DNA from: a virus
Reading direction: 5' to 3' (one strand)
Virus record (IMG/VR): IMGVR_UViG_3300018465_000004
Span: 29,019-93,018 of that record
Length of the DNA: 64,000 nt
Shown here piece after piece: positions 1 to 8,993 of the stretch (the stretch's first letter is position 1; every line of letters starts with the position of its first letter). The notes beneath the pieces were generated by a model. The model was given only the letters and a program-made list of their open reading frames with translations, was not told where the DNA came from and did not search any database. The position numbers were made by a program, and so were the translations under genes.

Positions 1-632
1 TTGCGTTCGCGGCACTCTGCACATTCCTCGGATTCAGGGTGAGGCGAACCTGCCTTCATTGCCCGCTGGTCAATGTAGTCGTACCCGAAACGCTTCCGGC
101 CACTGTGCGGGAGTCCGGCGTCCCTGCGCTTTTTGTGAGCTGCTTGCCAGCCCTCGCCGATCATGTCGCTCTGGAACTCGTCGAACTGCATAACCATGCC
201 CTGACTGAACCGGCCTATTGCAGTCGACTGGTCGAAGTCCTCCGTCGCCGAATCAACCCTACCGCCGGCTTGTTTGACCTTTCCAAGGTACACGCGCGAG
301 AACTCGACATTGCGACCCCACCGGCTCCACTTCCACAGTGTCACGCTCTTGGCGAGCCCGCTCCTGATGTCGTCGATGACGCCATCGACACTTCGCTTGC
401 GGAAGGTACGGCCGGTGCGGTTGATGTCAGGGACCACCTTGACGATCCGCTTGTTCTTCCGGACCGCGTCCGCAATACAAGATTCGAGCTGGATATCTGG
501 TGACTTCAAGGACTCTGGGTCGCGTTCCCCGACCATGGACACCCGAATGTAGGCGATCGTTGGTTCGCACTCACAGGGTCCTGGATGGTGGTGCTCGACG
601 GCCGGCGGGGTCCAGATCTCGGGTTGCGGCAT
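1..632 (-). CDS. Large serine recombinase (integrase), N-terminal part, runs off the left edge
   Basis: Manual translation from ATG 632: MPQPEIW...TIAYIRVS (catalytic Ser)...SPDIQ...LWKWSRWGRN...GRKRFGY; open to position 1; not in the ORF track. Confidence 0.9.
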   Translation of the reverse strand, partial: MPQPEIWTPPAVEHHHPGPCECEPTIAYIRVSMVGERDPESLKSPDIQLESCIADAVRKNKRIVKVVPDINRTGRTFRKRSVDGVIDDIRSGLAKSVTLWKWSRWGRNVEFSRVYLGKVKQAGGRVDSATEDFDQSTAIGRFSQGMVMQFDEFQSDMIGEGWQAAHKKRRDAGLPHSGRKRFGYDYIDQRAMKAGSPHPESEECAECRER

Positions 633-644
633 GGGCGTACTTTA
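633..644 (-). promoter_or_regulatory. Leaderless housekeeping-type -10 (TAAAGT) of the serine recombinase
   Basis: TANNNT hexamer 6 nt upstream of the ATG, no Shine-Dalgarno. Confidence 0.5.
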
Positions 645-981
645 GCGTAGTTCATGTTCGTTAACCACCCCGAACTGCCCCCTCGGCAGTGATCTATGAG
701 TGGCGCCTCTGAGCAGGCTGTATTCGCGTGGATCGCTAGTTGCGGCGCTCGATCGCTACAGGTTGTGACGCCTGTGAGGGCAAATCTAGCGACCCCGGGC
801 TCCCACAGGCCGATCCGGACAGCCCGGGGTCAGGCCGGCGGGCGCGGGTGTACAGGACGCACCCGCCGGACAAGAAGGCCAACGGGAACTCGCACCATCC
901 GGTTACGTCCGTCGTTGTGATTACCTCGCGTGGGTGACGCTCGTTATGCTGTCCGTCACCGTCGAGCCGGAGGAAACTGAC

Positions 982-1413
982 ATGGGCGCGCGGAGTTCTG
1001 TTCAAGCTCTGAAGAGATTCCTCGGGCGGCAGGCGGCCTGGGTGGTCATGCTGATCCTGCGCCGCCCAGTACCTACGATCTTCTCCGTCATGGTCGTTTT
1101 CTCGACCGTCCAGGTCTTCATAGGCCCGTTCGCGGTGCCTCTTGCACTGGTAGTGGGTATCGGCCTCGGCACGCTGGTGATCACCGCGAGGTTCGCCCGG
1201 CCCAAGATGATCCGGGTCGAGAGAAGCGATGGCGATCCTCTCGTCCTGCCATCCGTCTTCCGAATCGAGATCCACTCGGACGGCGACACCCACGCCTTGA
1301 TTGCCTGGCGCGCCAAGGTAGGGCTCCCGACGCACACGTTGACGACCATGGTCCGCGACTACATCACCGACGTCGAAGATCAGCACCGGGCGGACGTCAC
1401 AGCCTCCAACTAG
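982..1413 (+). CDS. Hypothetical membrane protein
   Basis: GGAGG at 969-973, ATG 982, two to three hydrophobic segments. Confidence 0.55.
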   Translation: MGARSSVQALKRFLGRQAAWVVMLILRRPVPTIFSVMVVFSTVQVFIGPFAVPLALVVGIGLGTLVITARFARPKMIRVERSDGDPLVLPSVFRIEIHSDGDTHALIAWRAKVGLPTHTLTTMVRDYITDVEDQHRADVTASN

Positions 1414-1474
1414 CAACTGTTCTGCACCCGACCAACCACTGTGCAAGCGCCTAGCGCCCCGTACCCTTGGTCGG

Positions 1475-2476
1475 GTGATCGAGAGCCAGCAGATAGAGAT
1501 CGCCGACGCGGTGGGCGCCTTACCCGTGCTCCCCGTAGATAACGCGCACGACCGGTACGGAGCCCGCGGTCTGACCGCGGCCTGGATCGCCCAGCTCACC
1601 TCGCGGCACACCCGCAAGGCGTACTTCACCGACCTCGCCCGGTATCTCGCCTGGTGCCAACTGGACGGCCTTGATCCGCTCCTGGCTCGGCCGGTTGATG
1701 TCGACCGGTACAAGGCGACCCTGACCGGCGCAGCCTCCTCGGTTAACCGCCGACTCTCCTCGCTGTCAAGCTGGTACCGGTACCTGCACACCAACGGAGC
1801 GGTCGATTCCAATCCGCTTGCGGCGGTCCGCCGACCGAATGTCGACCGGGACGCCTCGACAACGCTGGGCATGACCGTCTCGGAGGTCAAGCAGCTCCTG
1901 GTGGTCGCAGATCAGATCGCCGTGGCGGCGGCTGAATGGTCATCGTGGCGACGGCTGACTGCCCACCGGGATCGCGCTGTGGTCCGCTGCCTGGCGGACA
2001 TGGGAATGCGGGTTGACGAGGTCGTCCAGCTCGACCGTGAGCACATGACCCACAACCGTGGTTACCGGACCCTGCGCTACACCGGAAAGGGCGCCAAGCT
2101 CCGCGAGAGGGCGATGCCGGCGCACCTGCTGGAAGCTCTCGACGAGTACCTCGAACTGCGCCCGGATATCCCCGGCGCGTTGTTCGTGACCCGCAGCCGT
2201 GGCGATGCGTACGGCCGGATCGACGCCGCTTGCGTTTTCCGCCTGGTACGCCGGCTCGCGGCGATCGGACAGATGCCGGCCGCTGACCGGTATTCCCCTC
2301 ACGTCCTGCGGCACGCCTTCGCGACCAACGCACGGGACGCAGGCATTGCCCTGGAAGACGTCCAGGACGCGATGGGCCACGCCGATCCCCGGACCACCCG
2401 CCGCTATGACCGGGCGCGTAATGCGCTGCACCGGGAGCCGGGGCTGCGACTCGGCGAGCTGTACGCCGACGAATGA
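1475..2476 (+). CDS. Tyrosine recombinase, XerC/D-like (no arm-binding domain)
   Basis: SAM-like N-terminus; catalytic R (GMRVDE), K (GKG), HxxR (HVLRH), H (MGHAD), Y (TRRYD). Confidence 0.93.
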   Translation: MIESQQIEIADAVGALPVLPVDNAHDRYGARGLTAAWIAQLTSRHTRKAYFTDLARYLAWCQLDGLDPLLARPVDVDRYKATLTGAASSVNRRLSSLSSWYRYLHTNGAVDSNPLAAVRRPNVDRDASTTLGMTVSEVKQLLVVADQIAVAAAEWSSWRRLTAHRDRAVVRCLADMGMRVDEVVQLDREHMTHNRGYRTLRYTGKGAKLRERAMPAHLLEALDEYLELRPDIPGALFVTRSRGDAYGRIDAACVFRLVRRLAAIGQMPAADRYSPHVLRHAFATNARDAGIALEDVQDAMGHADPRTTRRYDRARNALHREPGLRLGELYADE

Positions 2477-2557
2477 GTTTCAACGACCAGCGGACTATGG
2501 TCATACGGGTCATCGTGGCCATACTGATCTTCATAGAAGAGGAGGGCCAGGCGCGAG

Positions 2558-2914
2558 ATGTTCTCCACCGGATGGCATGCGACCGCCTTCAGCTTCCACC
2601 CGGCGGAGGAGCCCCCGCACGTCTTCGGCAAAACTCAGCGCCGCAGACGCAAGCCGGTCGACAAGCGGCCGACGTTCCAGTTGACCGTTCACCGGGATTC
2701 CGACGGGCACGAGTTCTTCGGCGATGCCGTCCGGGCTACCAATGCGGCCGAGGTACCGGAAGCCGCCAGGATCCGGCTGGAGGCCGCCGGCTGGCTCGTC
2801 CAGGGTGAGTGGTGGGAGTTCCCCGGCCTGTACGGCACGGTGTGGCTGGTGCCGGTTATCACGGCCCCACGAAAGCCGTCGCCGCCCGACGCGTTGAAAG
2901 GCTGGACCTATTGA
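2558..2914 (+). CDS. Hypothetical protein
   Basis: GAGGAGG upstream, overlaps the next start. Confidence 0.5.
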   Translation: MFSTGWHATAFSFHPAEEPPHVFGKTQRRRRKPVDKRPTFQLTVHRDSDGHEFFGDAVRATNAAEVPEAARIRLEAAGWLVQGEWWEFPGLYGTVWLVPVITAPRKPSPPDALKGWTY

Positions 2915-3105
2915 GTACGCCACGGCGAGAGCTGGTGCTTCGGCTGACCGCCAAGGAGGCCGAGGCGCTGTTCGGAGCTGCACTTGCCGGCGAGTACGAG
3001 TTCCGGGACACGGTCGGGCGCGACCCGGATGCTAGCGCGCAGGCTAAGACGGCCACCCTGGCGGCCCTGGACCGGGCGCTAGACAAGCTCCGGGCGCCGG
3101 AGTGA
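2911..3105 (+). CDS. Hypothetical protein
   Basis: TTG start overlaps upstream TGA; stop overlaps next GTG. Confidence 0.45.
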   Translation: MSTPRRELVLRLTAKEAEALFGAALAGEYEFRDTVGRDPDASAQAKTATLAALDRALDKLRAPE

Positions 3106-3341
3106 AGGCGTTCGTCGACAGCTGCCCCGTCTGCCGCGCCCCCGGCCCTCACTCGATCGTGGCAACTTCTGCCCCGAAAGGTAGATGGGGCGAGTTCTAC
3201 GGCTGCCACGATCCGCAATGTGGCGACTCGACGTGGGACCATGATTGTCCAACTCCGCAGCATGTGACCATCTTTTGCGTTCCGAGCTGTGGACGAGTCA
3301 TGGTTCGACAAGTAGGAGTTAACGATGCAGATCAGCCGTGA
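3102..3341 (+). CDS. Small Cys/His-rich (zinc-finger-like) protein
   Basis: CPVC, CHDPQC, CVPSC motifs. Confidence 0.5.
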   Translation: MKAFVDSCPVCRAPGPHSIVATSAPKGRWGEFYGCHDPQCGDSTWDHDCPTPQHVTIFCVPSCGRVMVRQVGVNDADQP

Positions 3342-3633
3342 TGGAGACTTCGTGGTCATCCGGCTCCGTGGCAAGGGCCTGGACGCCGCCTCGATTGTTG
3401 CCGGGTTGGACTCTGACCGGAACGACGCGGTGCGCAAGGAGCTATACGACACGCTGCGGCACGTTCAGCACGGCAGGATGGCCTGCTGCCCAAACTGCGG
3501 ACACTGCGAGATCTGTGGGCTCTACGACCCGGACAGTCGGCACCGCGGACTCGGTTGCCCGTCCGGGCACGAGCCGTACGCGATGGTCCTCGCCGGCTAC
3601 CCGGCTCCGCCGGATCCTGCCGCCTCCGATTGA
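3325..3633 (+). CDS. Hypothetical Cys-rich protein
   Basis: AGGAG RBS; CCPNCGHCEIC. Confidence 0.55.
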   Translation: MQISRDGDFVVIRLRGKGLDAASIVAGLDSDRNDAVRKELYDTLRHVQHGRMACCPNCGHCEICGLYDPDSRHRGLGCPSGHEPYAMVLAGYPAPPDPAASD

Positions 3634-3654
3634 CCGCTACCCAGTGTGGCAGGA

Positions 3655-3790
3655 CATCCAGATATACAGATTCTTAAAACAGGTGAATAACTGCAAGATC
3701 AACCGGTTATAAACAACTGTTTGTGTGAGCGGGGAATCTAAGGGCAACCTGTACATTCGCAAAAAGAAGATCCACTTCCCCTCCCTGGCC
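3655..3790. other. AT-rich intergenic island
   Basis: Visibly A/T-rich against the GC background; CAAGATCAAC at 3694-3703. Confidence 0.6.
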
Positions 3791-4122
3791 CCCTTGACGC
3801 CGGATCACTGGCCCACCGGCAGGAAAATTTCTCCTTCGCGGCGGACCCCGGTCAGGGGATTGCGATCACGCAGAGCAGCCGGAAGCATGGTTGATGTGCC
3901 GCCCTTCGCCCCGCACCTATGGGGGGCCTTCCCCGCCGTGGCGGGGCTCCATTGAAGGAGAGTTCGAATCTGGATCGATCTCGCGGTGCAGGGCCTGATC
4001 GAGGCCAGCCGGAGGGTCGGGAGTCCCGACCCTCCGGCGTTGTCTGGAGAAACCTCAAGGTTCGGTATTGGGTCTACGGAGATCCCCCATACGGGGGTAG
4101 TCCGGTGTGTGACCCTCAGGAC

Positions 4123-4407
4123 ATGAGCAACCTGATCTGCAAGGACCACCGGCTCCCGGACTGCAACACCTGCAAGGCGCGGTCCCGGGCGGCGCACGGC
4201 TCGCCGTATAACTTGAACTTCTGGGACCCGGCTTCGACGGTTACCACTTTCACCGCGCCGGCCCTCAGCGACAGCTCGCCGGCCGGGGGTGGATGTGACA
4301 GCCCGGCTCCGAGTGCGCCAAGCCATGACACCGGCTCGTCGAACTCCAGCTATTCGAGCCACGACTCCGGCGGCTCGTCGGGCGGCAGCTTCGACAGCGG
4401 CTGCTGA
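4123..4407 (+). CDS. Hypothetical Ser/Gly-rich protein
   Basis: AGGA before ATG 4123; Cys cluster then S/G/D-rich tail. Confidence 0.45.
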   Translation: MSNLICKDHRLPDCNTCKARSRAAHGSPYNLNFWDPASTVTTFTAPALSDSSPAGGGCDSPAPSAPSHDTGSSNSSYSSHDSGGSSGGSFDSGC

Positions 4408-4455
4408 TCCAGCCGTAGAAGAAGGGCCTGACCATCCGGTCAGGCCCTTCTTCGA

Positions 4456-5019
4456 TCACACCTTGGTACAGAACCCGCTGAGGCACTCGGTACATGCCGG
4501 CACGAGCGCGACCTGCCCGGCTGTCTCCAGCCTCGCGAGGGAATGCTTCACGATCAGGTGGGTGCAGACGTCGCAGGTGTTGCCGCCCTCGACCTCGGCA
4601 AGCGCCAGCTCCGGGAAGGCGCCGACCAATGCAAACACGAGGTCGGGACGGCTTATCTGGGTCTCGTCGCGGACGATCGAGACCCAGAATCCCCGGTCGG
4701 CGGGGTCGGTCCTCGTCAGGAAGATCTGGCAGGCCGGGATCTGGCGGGCGATGACGTACGCCTTCATCAAGGAGATCATGGCGGCGATCGTTACTGCGCC
4801 GCCGATCGCGACCAGCCAGGTCCAGCCGCCGCGGAGCTGCCCGGCAATGTAGCCGGATACGAGCAGCATCCAGCCGCCACCCCAGGTGGCGAAAAGCAGC
4901 AGCGTCCGCCGCGAATCTTCCCAGCGGAGCATCCGCCAGATCGTGCGGGCTATCCAGAGCGCGATTCGGACGAGCGGCTGGCGCCTGAACCAGCTCATGA
5001 GACGGCTTGAGTTGAGCAC
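4456..5019 (-). CDS. Membrane protein with C-terminal CxxC pairs
   Basis: Two TM-like segments, CDVC and CTEC. Confidence 0.6.
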   Translation of the reverse strand: MLNSSRLMSWFRRQPLVRIALWIARTIWRMLRWEDSRRTLLLFATWGGGWMLLVSGYIAGQLRGGWTWLVAIGGAVTIAAMISLMKAYVIARQIPACQIFLTRTDPADRGFWVSIVRDETQISRPDLVFALVGAFPELALAEVEGGNTCDVCTHLIVKHSLARLETAGQVALVPACTECLSGFCTKV

Positions 5020-5081
5020 GTCGGCAACCTAGCGCAGTCCCGATCCCGCGCCCCGTGACCACGATGTCCTCACCCGTCCGG

Positions 5082-5111
5082 GTGAAAGGAGCCGGCCCGG
5101 ATCTGTAGGTA
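5082..5111 (+). promoter_or_regulatory. Class II element-specific promoter GYGAAH-N17-GTAGRTA
   Basis: Same bipartite motif and spacing at 19216, 27221, 54307. Confidence 0.6.
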
Positions 5112-5142
5112 CAAGCATGACGTCAACCCCCGGCGGGCCGTA

Positions 5143-6018
5143 GTGCCCGCGCTCAAGTTCCACGAGATCGCCGAGGTGTTCCCGCTCTTCCCTGAAGACC
5201 GGCTGCGATCGCTCGCCGACTCGATCGCTGTGAACGGTCTTCGGCATCCGATCGTGCTCTTTGAGGGCGCCATCCTCGACGGCCGGAACCGGTACCGGGC
5301 GGCCAAGGTCGCCGGCTACGAGACCCAGCCGAGAGACTTTGTCGACTTCGCCGGTACCTGGGATGACGCGCTCCAGTTCGTTGCCGACGAGAACCTGGAA
5401 CGGCGGGACCTCAACCCAGATCAGCGCGCCTTGGCTGCTGCCCGCCTGGCGCAGCTGGGGCGCGGTCGGCCGTCCTCGGAAAATGCCGCCACTGGCGGTA
5501 TTTCTCTCGCTGATGCTGCGGAGAAGGTAGGAGTCAGCCGCAGTCGGGCGGAGCGAGCGCGTTCGGTACTCAACCGTGGCGCGTCAGAGCTGGCAGATTC
5601 GGTCGCGCGAGGAGAGGTAACCGTTCGAGCGGCTGCCGATATCGCGAAGTTGCCGGCTGACGAACAGAAAAAGACCCTTGCCGGGGGACCGGAGGCCGTC
5701 AAGGACGCCGTTGCTGGGGTGCGCGCCCGCGCCCGGCCGCTCGTGCGGCCCGAGCCGACGGAGAGCGAGATCGCTGCCCGTCGGGGTCAGGTCGCGAACG
5801 ACCTGGTTGACCGGCTCATAGCTGCCGTCAAGATCGTGGAGCAGGCTGCCAGCAAACTCGCCGCCGGTGAGACGTCGCTGAGCCAGGGCAGCCAAGAGAT
5901 CGTGTTGATGGCCGCTGGCCGGCTGAGGTCTGGAGCGGATTGGGTCGCAGCGTTGATCAAGGGCGACGGGTTCTCGGATGAGGCGTTGGCCGCATGGCTG
6001 AGAGGGGAGTCGCAGTGA
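5143..6018 (+). CDS. ParB/Srx-like domain protein
   Basis: LADSIAVNGLRHPI, ILDGRNRYRA, ENLERRDL, then HTH-like region. Confidence 0.85.
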   Translation: MPALKFHEIAEVFPLFPEDRLRSLADSIAVNGLRHPIVLFEGAILDGRNRYRAAKVAGYETQPRDFVDFAGTWDDALQFVADENLERRDLNPDQRALAAARLAQLGRGRPSSENAATGGISLADAAEKVGVSRSRAERARSVLNRGASELADSVARGEVTVRAAADIAKLPADEQKKTLAGGPEAVKDAVAGVRARARPLVRPEPTESEIAARRGQVANDLVDRLIAAVKIVEQAASKLAAGETSLSQGSQEIVLMAAGRLRSGADWVAALIKGDGFSDEALAAWLRGESQ

Positions 6019-6512
6019 GCGCGCCGATTGAGACGCCTAGGGACCCGGCGGCTGAGCCCTCCGCGACGCACCGTCGGGCGTCGATGATTCTGAATTGGTT
6101 GAGGGACCCCAGTCGAACCGGGCAAGACTTCAGGCTCTGGGAGATTGCTGCCGCACTCGGTATGGACAGCGGTGCGAGTACCGCGGCGACGTTGGCGCGC
6201 GACCTGGCGATGGAGCATCGCGAGGTCATCACCTATGCACACCGTGCGGACGGTGAATGGTGGGTGAGCCATCACTACCCCGACGGATTTGATGGTCGAG
6301 TCACCGAGGGGCTCCTGATCCAGGACAAGGATTTGGTCTCCCGGACGCGACGGCAGGCGCGGATGCAGACGCTCAACGCGGAGCATGCGCCTGACCCTCT
6401 GGACCGAGCGTGGTCCCGAATGAAGGCCGAGGTGCTGAATGCCAACCTCGTTGTCTACTCCTCGATGGATGCCTTGCGAGCTGAGCTAGAAAAGATCCGG
6501 CGGGGGCAATGA
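6015..6512 (+). CDS. Hypothetical protein
   Basis: GAGGGGAG RBS, start overlaps ParB stop. Confidence 0.6.
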   Translation: MSAPIETPRDPAAEPSATHRRASMILNWLRDPSRTGQDFRLWEIAAALGMDSGASTAATLARDLAMEHREVITYAHRADGEWWVSHHYPDGFDGRVTEGLLIQDKDLVSRTRRQARMQTLNAEHAPDPLDRAWSRMKAEVLNANLVVYSSMDALRAELEKIRRGQ

Positions 6513-6703
6513 AAGCGTCGCCGCCGAGTGCTGAGTATCCCTATGAGGATGTCCGTGAATTTGTCATGCGCCGGTCGTTCCTGCGTGGTTGGCGCGTGAC
6601 CGAGTTGGAGTACGACGGGCTCAAGGCTCGGACAGCCGACCTGCCCGAGGAGCGGGCTGCATACCTGCGGGCGTTCATCGATGGCTGGCTCGCGGCTCGT
6701 TGA
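6509..6703 (+). CDS. Hypothetical protein
   Basis: ATGA overlap with upstream stop. Confidence 0.55.
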   Translation: MKASPPSAEYPYEDVREFVMRRSFLRGWRVTELEYDGLKARTADLPEERAAYLRAFIDGWLAAR

Positions 6704-6991
6704 TGCGCAGCGTCAGTATCACCCGGCCGGGTTGGCGCGTCCGCGCTGGCCCGGTCCGGTGTGCTGCTGGAATAGCAAGAGCCCGCGGCAAGACTCACCC
6801 GTTCGTGGGATCTGACACGCATTGTGCGGATTTGATTGCGTAGCGTGATTTGCCCTGGTTACGCTCTTGCCGTGAGAGGGGCGCCGAGGCGCTCCGCCTG
6901 GACCAGCGGATTCCCAGCGCTCTAGGGCTGCCGGCCCAATACCGGCGCCTGGTCCGGTGCCCCTCTCTCCACAGTGGAGGAAGGCACGGGG

Positions 6992-7405
6992 ATGAAATTC
7001 ACCGAGTACATCATCGGCGTTCTCGCCAGCAGTGCTCAGGCTGGCGTGCAGGACTGGGTCACGTGGACGGCGAACACCGAGGAGGACAAGCCGCCGATCG
7101 AGTTCTTCGTCGAGACCGGCAGCATGTTCAGCCCGGACGCGGAGCCGCTGACGCCGAAGAACCTGCCGGCCTACCAGGACGCCCTCCAGGTGGTCGGCAA
7201 CGTCACCGGCGGGGACTACACCTACGGCCCGGCGCTGTTCGTGGCCCGGCAGCGCGGCGTCCGGCCGGACAACCACCAGTACCCGTCCGATGTCCGGCTG
7301 CATCCGCTCTTCGACGACGCCGGTCCGCCGCCGGAAGCTGCACCTGACCCGCCTTCGCACCAGGAGCCGCTGCCCGAGCCCGAGCCGGTGGGGGTCCAGC
7401 CGTGA
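6992..7405 (+). CDS. Hypothetical phage protein
   Basis: GGAGG RBS, strong GC3 bias. Confidence 0.65.
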   Translation: MKFTEYIIGVLASSAQAGVQDWVTWTANTEEDKPPIEFFVETGSMFSPDAEPLTPKNLPAYQDALQVVGNVTGGDYTYGPALFVARQRGVRPDNHQYPSDVRLHPLFDDAGPPPEAAPDPPSHQEPLPEPEPVGVQP

Positions 7406-7608
7406 GCGTCGCACCGCCCGACTTCGACATCGTCGGCCGCGCCCTGCGTCACCGACGCCGCCTCGTCGTTGTTGCCAATAGGGAGCCTGCGCTCGGCGCT
7501 GGCTTCATCTGCCGGGTCAACCCGCTCGGCTGCCCCGGCCACCGTTCCCGTTCGATGTCCTGCCCAGACGCGGACATCCGCCCCCAACCCAAGGAGATCG
7601 CCGCATGA
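7402..7608 (+). CDS. Small Cys-containing hypothetical protein
   Basis: Coupled overlaps at both ends. Confidence 0.45.
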   Translation: MSVAPPDFDIVGRALRHRRRLVVVANREPALGAGFICRVNPLGCPGHRSRSMSCPDADIRPQPKEIAA

Positions 7609-8219
7609 TCGTCGTCGTCACCAGGCCGCCCGTCCAGACCGCCCGCGGCCCGGTGCCCTACCCCGAAGCCGTGGTCGCGTCGCAGGTCCACGCGGCCATA
7701 CACCTGGAGGCTCTGTTGAAGTACGACCCCGCGCCGGCTACCAACGCACCGCTGGTCCGCGCGACCCTGGCTCATATCGAGGCCGACCCTGACGGGTGGA
7801 GCCAGCTCGGCTGGAACCGCCGGACCGATTGCGGCACCACGGCCTGCTTCGCCGGCACGGCGCACCTCCTGGCGACCGGACGCCCGATGGTCGACGCCGA
7901 CGACAACGCCATGCAGATCGTCGAGGTCGTCCGCCACCTCGGCTTCACCGCCGACCAGGCCGCCCGGATCTTCTACTTCATGTCCGTCATCGACGCGGAG
8001 ACCGAGCAGCCACGCGAGCCAAACTTCGCCGAGCTGTGCGCCCAGGTCGCCGCGGTGACCGGCATCGTCTACACCCCCGGCGGCCAGCTCGCCCTCACCG
8101 CGGCCCCCGTGCTGCCGCCACAACAGGGCCTCGTCGAGGCAGCCATCACCCGCCATTACCAGGAGATGGTGTCCCAGGTGGAACTCGGGGAGCGTCGGGA
8201 GCTTGTCGGTGCCAGCTAG
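7605..8219 (+). CDS. Hypothetical protein, CG[TS]TxCxAG family
   Basis: AAGGAG RBS; IEADPDGWSQ...CGTTACFAG. Confidence 0.7.
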   Translation: MIVVVTRPPVQTARGPVPYPEAVVASQVHAAIHLEALLKYDPAPATNAPLVRATLAHIEADPDGWSQLGWNRRTDCGTTACFAGTAHLLATGRPMVDADDNAMQIVEVVRHLGFTADQAARIFYFMSVIDAETEQPREPNFAELCAQVAAVTGIVYTPGGQLALTAAPVLPPQQGLVEAAITRHYQEMVSQVELGERRELVGAS

Positions 8220-8649
8220 CGCGCTGGACAGCCCGCTCGACGCCAGGCTGGCCGAAGTCCGCGATCGGTTGACACGTGCGCCCGACTACGACGCGGCGTT
8301 CGTGGCGTTGTCTCGCGCCGATACAGAAACACTGCGGGCGCTTGAGGAAGAGCTTGCGTTCCTGCCGGGGCCGGCGGCCACGTTGCGCGAGCGGCTGGCC
8401 GCCGCCCACGTCGCGCGGGTGCGGGGGAAGGTGGCCATGACGACCCGGCGGGTGACGCCCAAGGCGGTCGCTCGCTGGGCCGTGGATGCCGTCTGGTTCG
8501 GCCTGAACGGCAGCACCGACCTGGAAGACATCGGTCAGTACCGTATCTCCCCGGACCCGGTGATGCCGCAGCTGTTCGAGGTGACCACCCTGGCCGGGAC
8601 CCATCCGCGCCGGTTCCTGGTCACCGTCGGCGTCCAGGAGCTGGTGTGA
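8203..8649 (+). CDS. Hypothetical protein
   Basis: GGGAG RBS, operon overlap. Confidence 0.55.
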   Translation: MSVPASALDSPLDARLAEVRDRLTRAPDYDAAFVALSRADTETLRALEEELAFLPGPAATLRERLAAAHVARVRGKVAMTTRRVTPKAVARWAVDAVWFGLNGSTDLEDIGQYRISPDPVMPQLFEVTTLAGTHPRRFLVTVGVQELV

Positions 8650-8993
8650 GCACCGCCGTCATGCACAAGGTGGACGCCCTGCGGCTGCGGGCGGCAGTCG
8701 AGGCTATCGAGTTTGATCCGAGACGCTGGGATCAGAACAGCTACCTGGGCGAATGCGGATCGACGTACTGCCTGGCCGGGTGGGTCTGCCACCTGGCCGG
8801 GCTGGACGTTCGCCGGCTGCTCCGTGAGGGTTTCCACGACGTCTTCCAGCGCGCCATGGCGCTGCTCGACCTGGACCCTGGCCAGGCTGACGACCTGTTC
8901 ATGTACATGGAGAACGACCGCGGCGAGCACCCGACGGTCGAGGAGTTCAAGGCTCGCATCACGCAGGTGACGGGGGTGACATTCGATGTATGA
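8646..8993 (+). CDS. Hypothetical protein, paralog of 7605..8219
   Basis: IEFDPRRWDQ...CGSTYCLAG. Confidence 0.7.
   Translation: MSTAVMHKVDALRLRAAVEAIEFDPRRWDQNSYLGECGSTYCLAGWVCHLAGLDVRRLLREGFHDVFQRAMALLDLDPGQADDLFMYMENDRGEHPTVEEFKARITQVTGVTFDV

Noticed and set aside
2473-2808. ORF coupled to the tyrosine recombinase stop
   Set aside because: It overlaps the better-supported 2558..2914 frame, which has a strong RBS; its C-terminal part looks like off-frame sequence
4414-4421. GTAGAAG as an antisense promoter against 4456..5019
   Set aside because: No start codon or upstream AA(C/T) element at the expected spacing; may be chance
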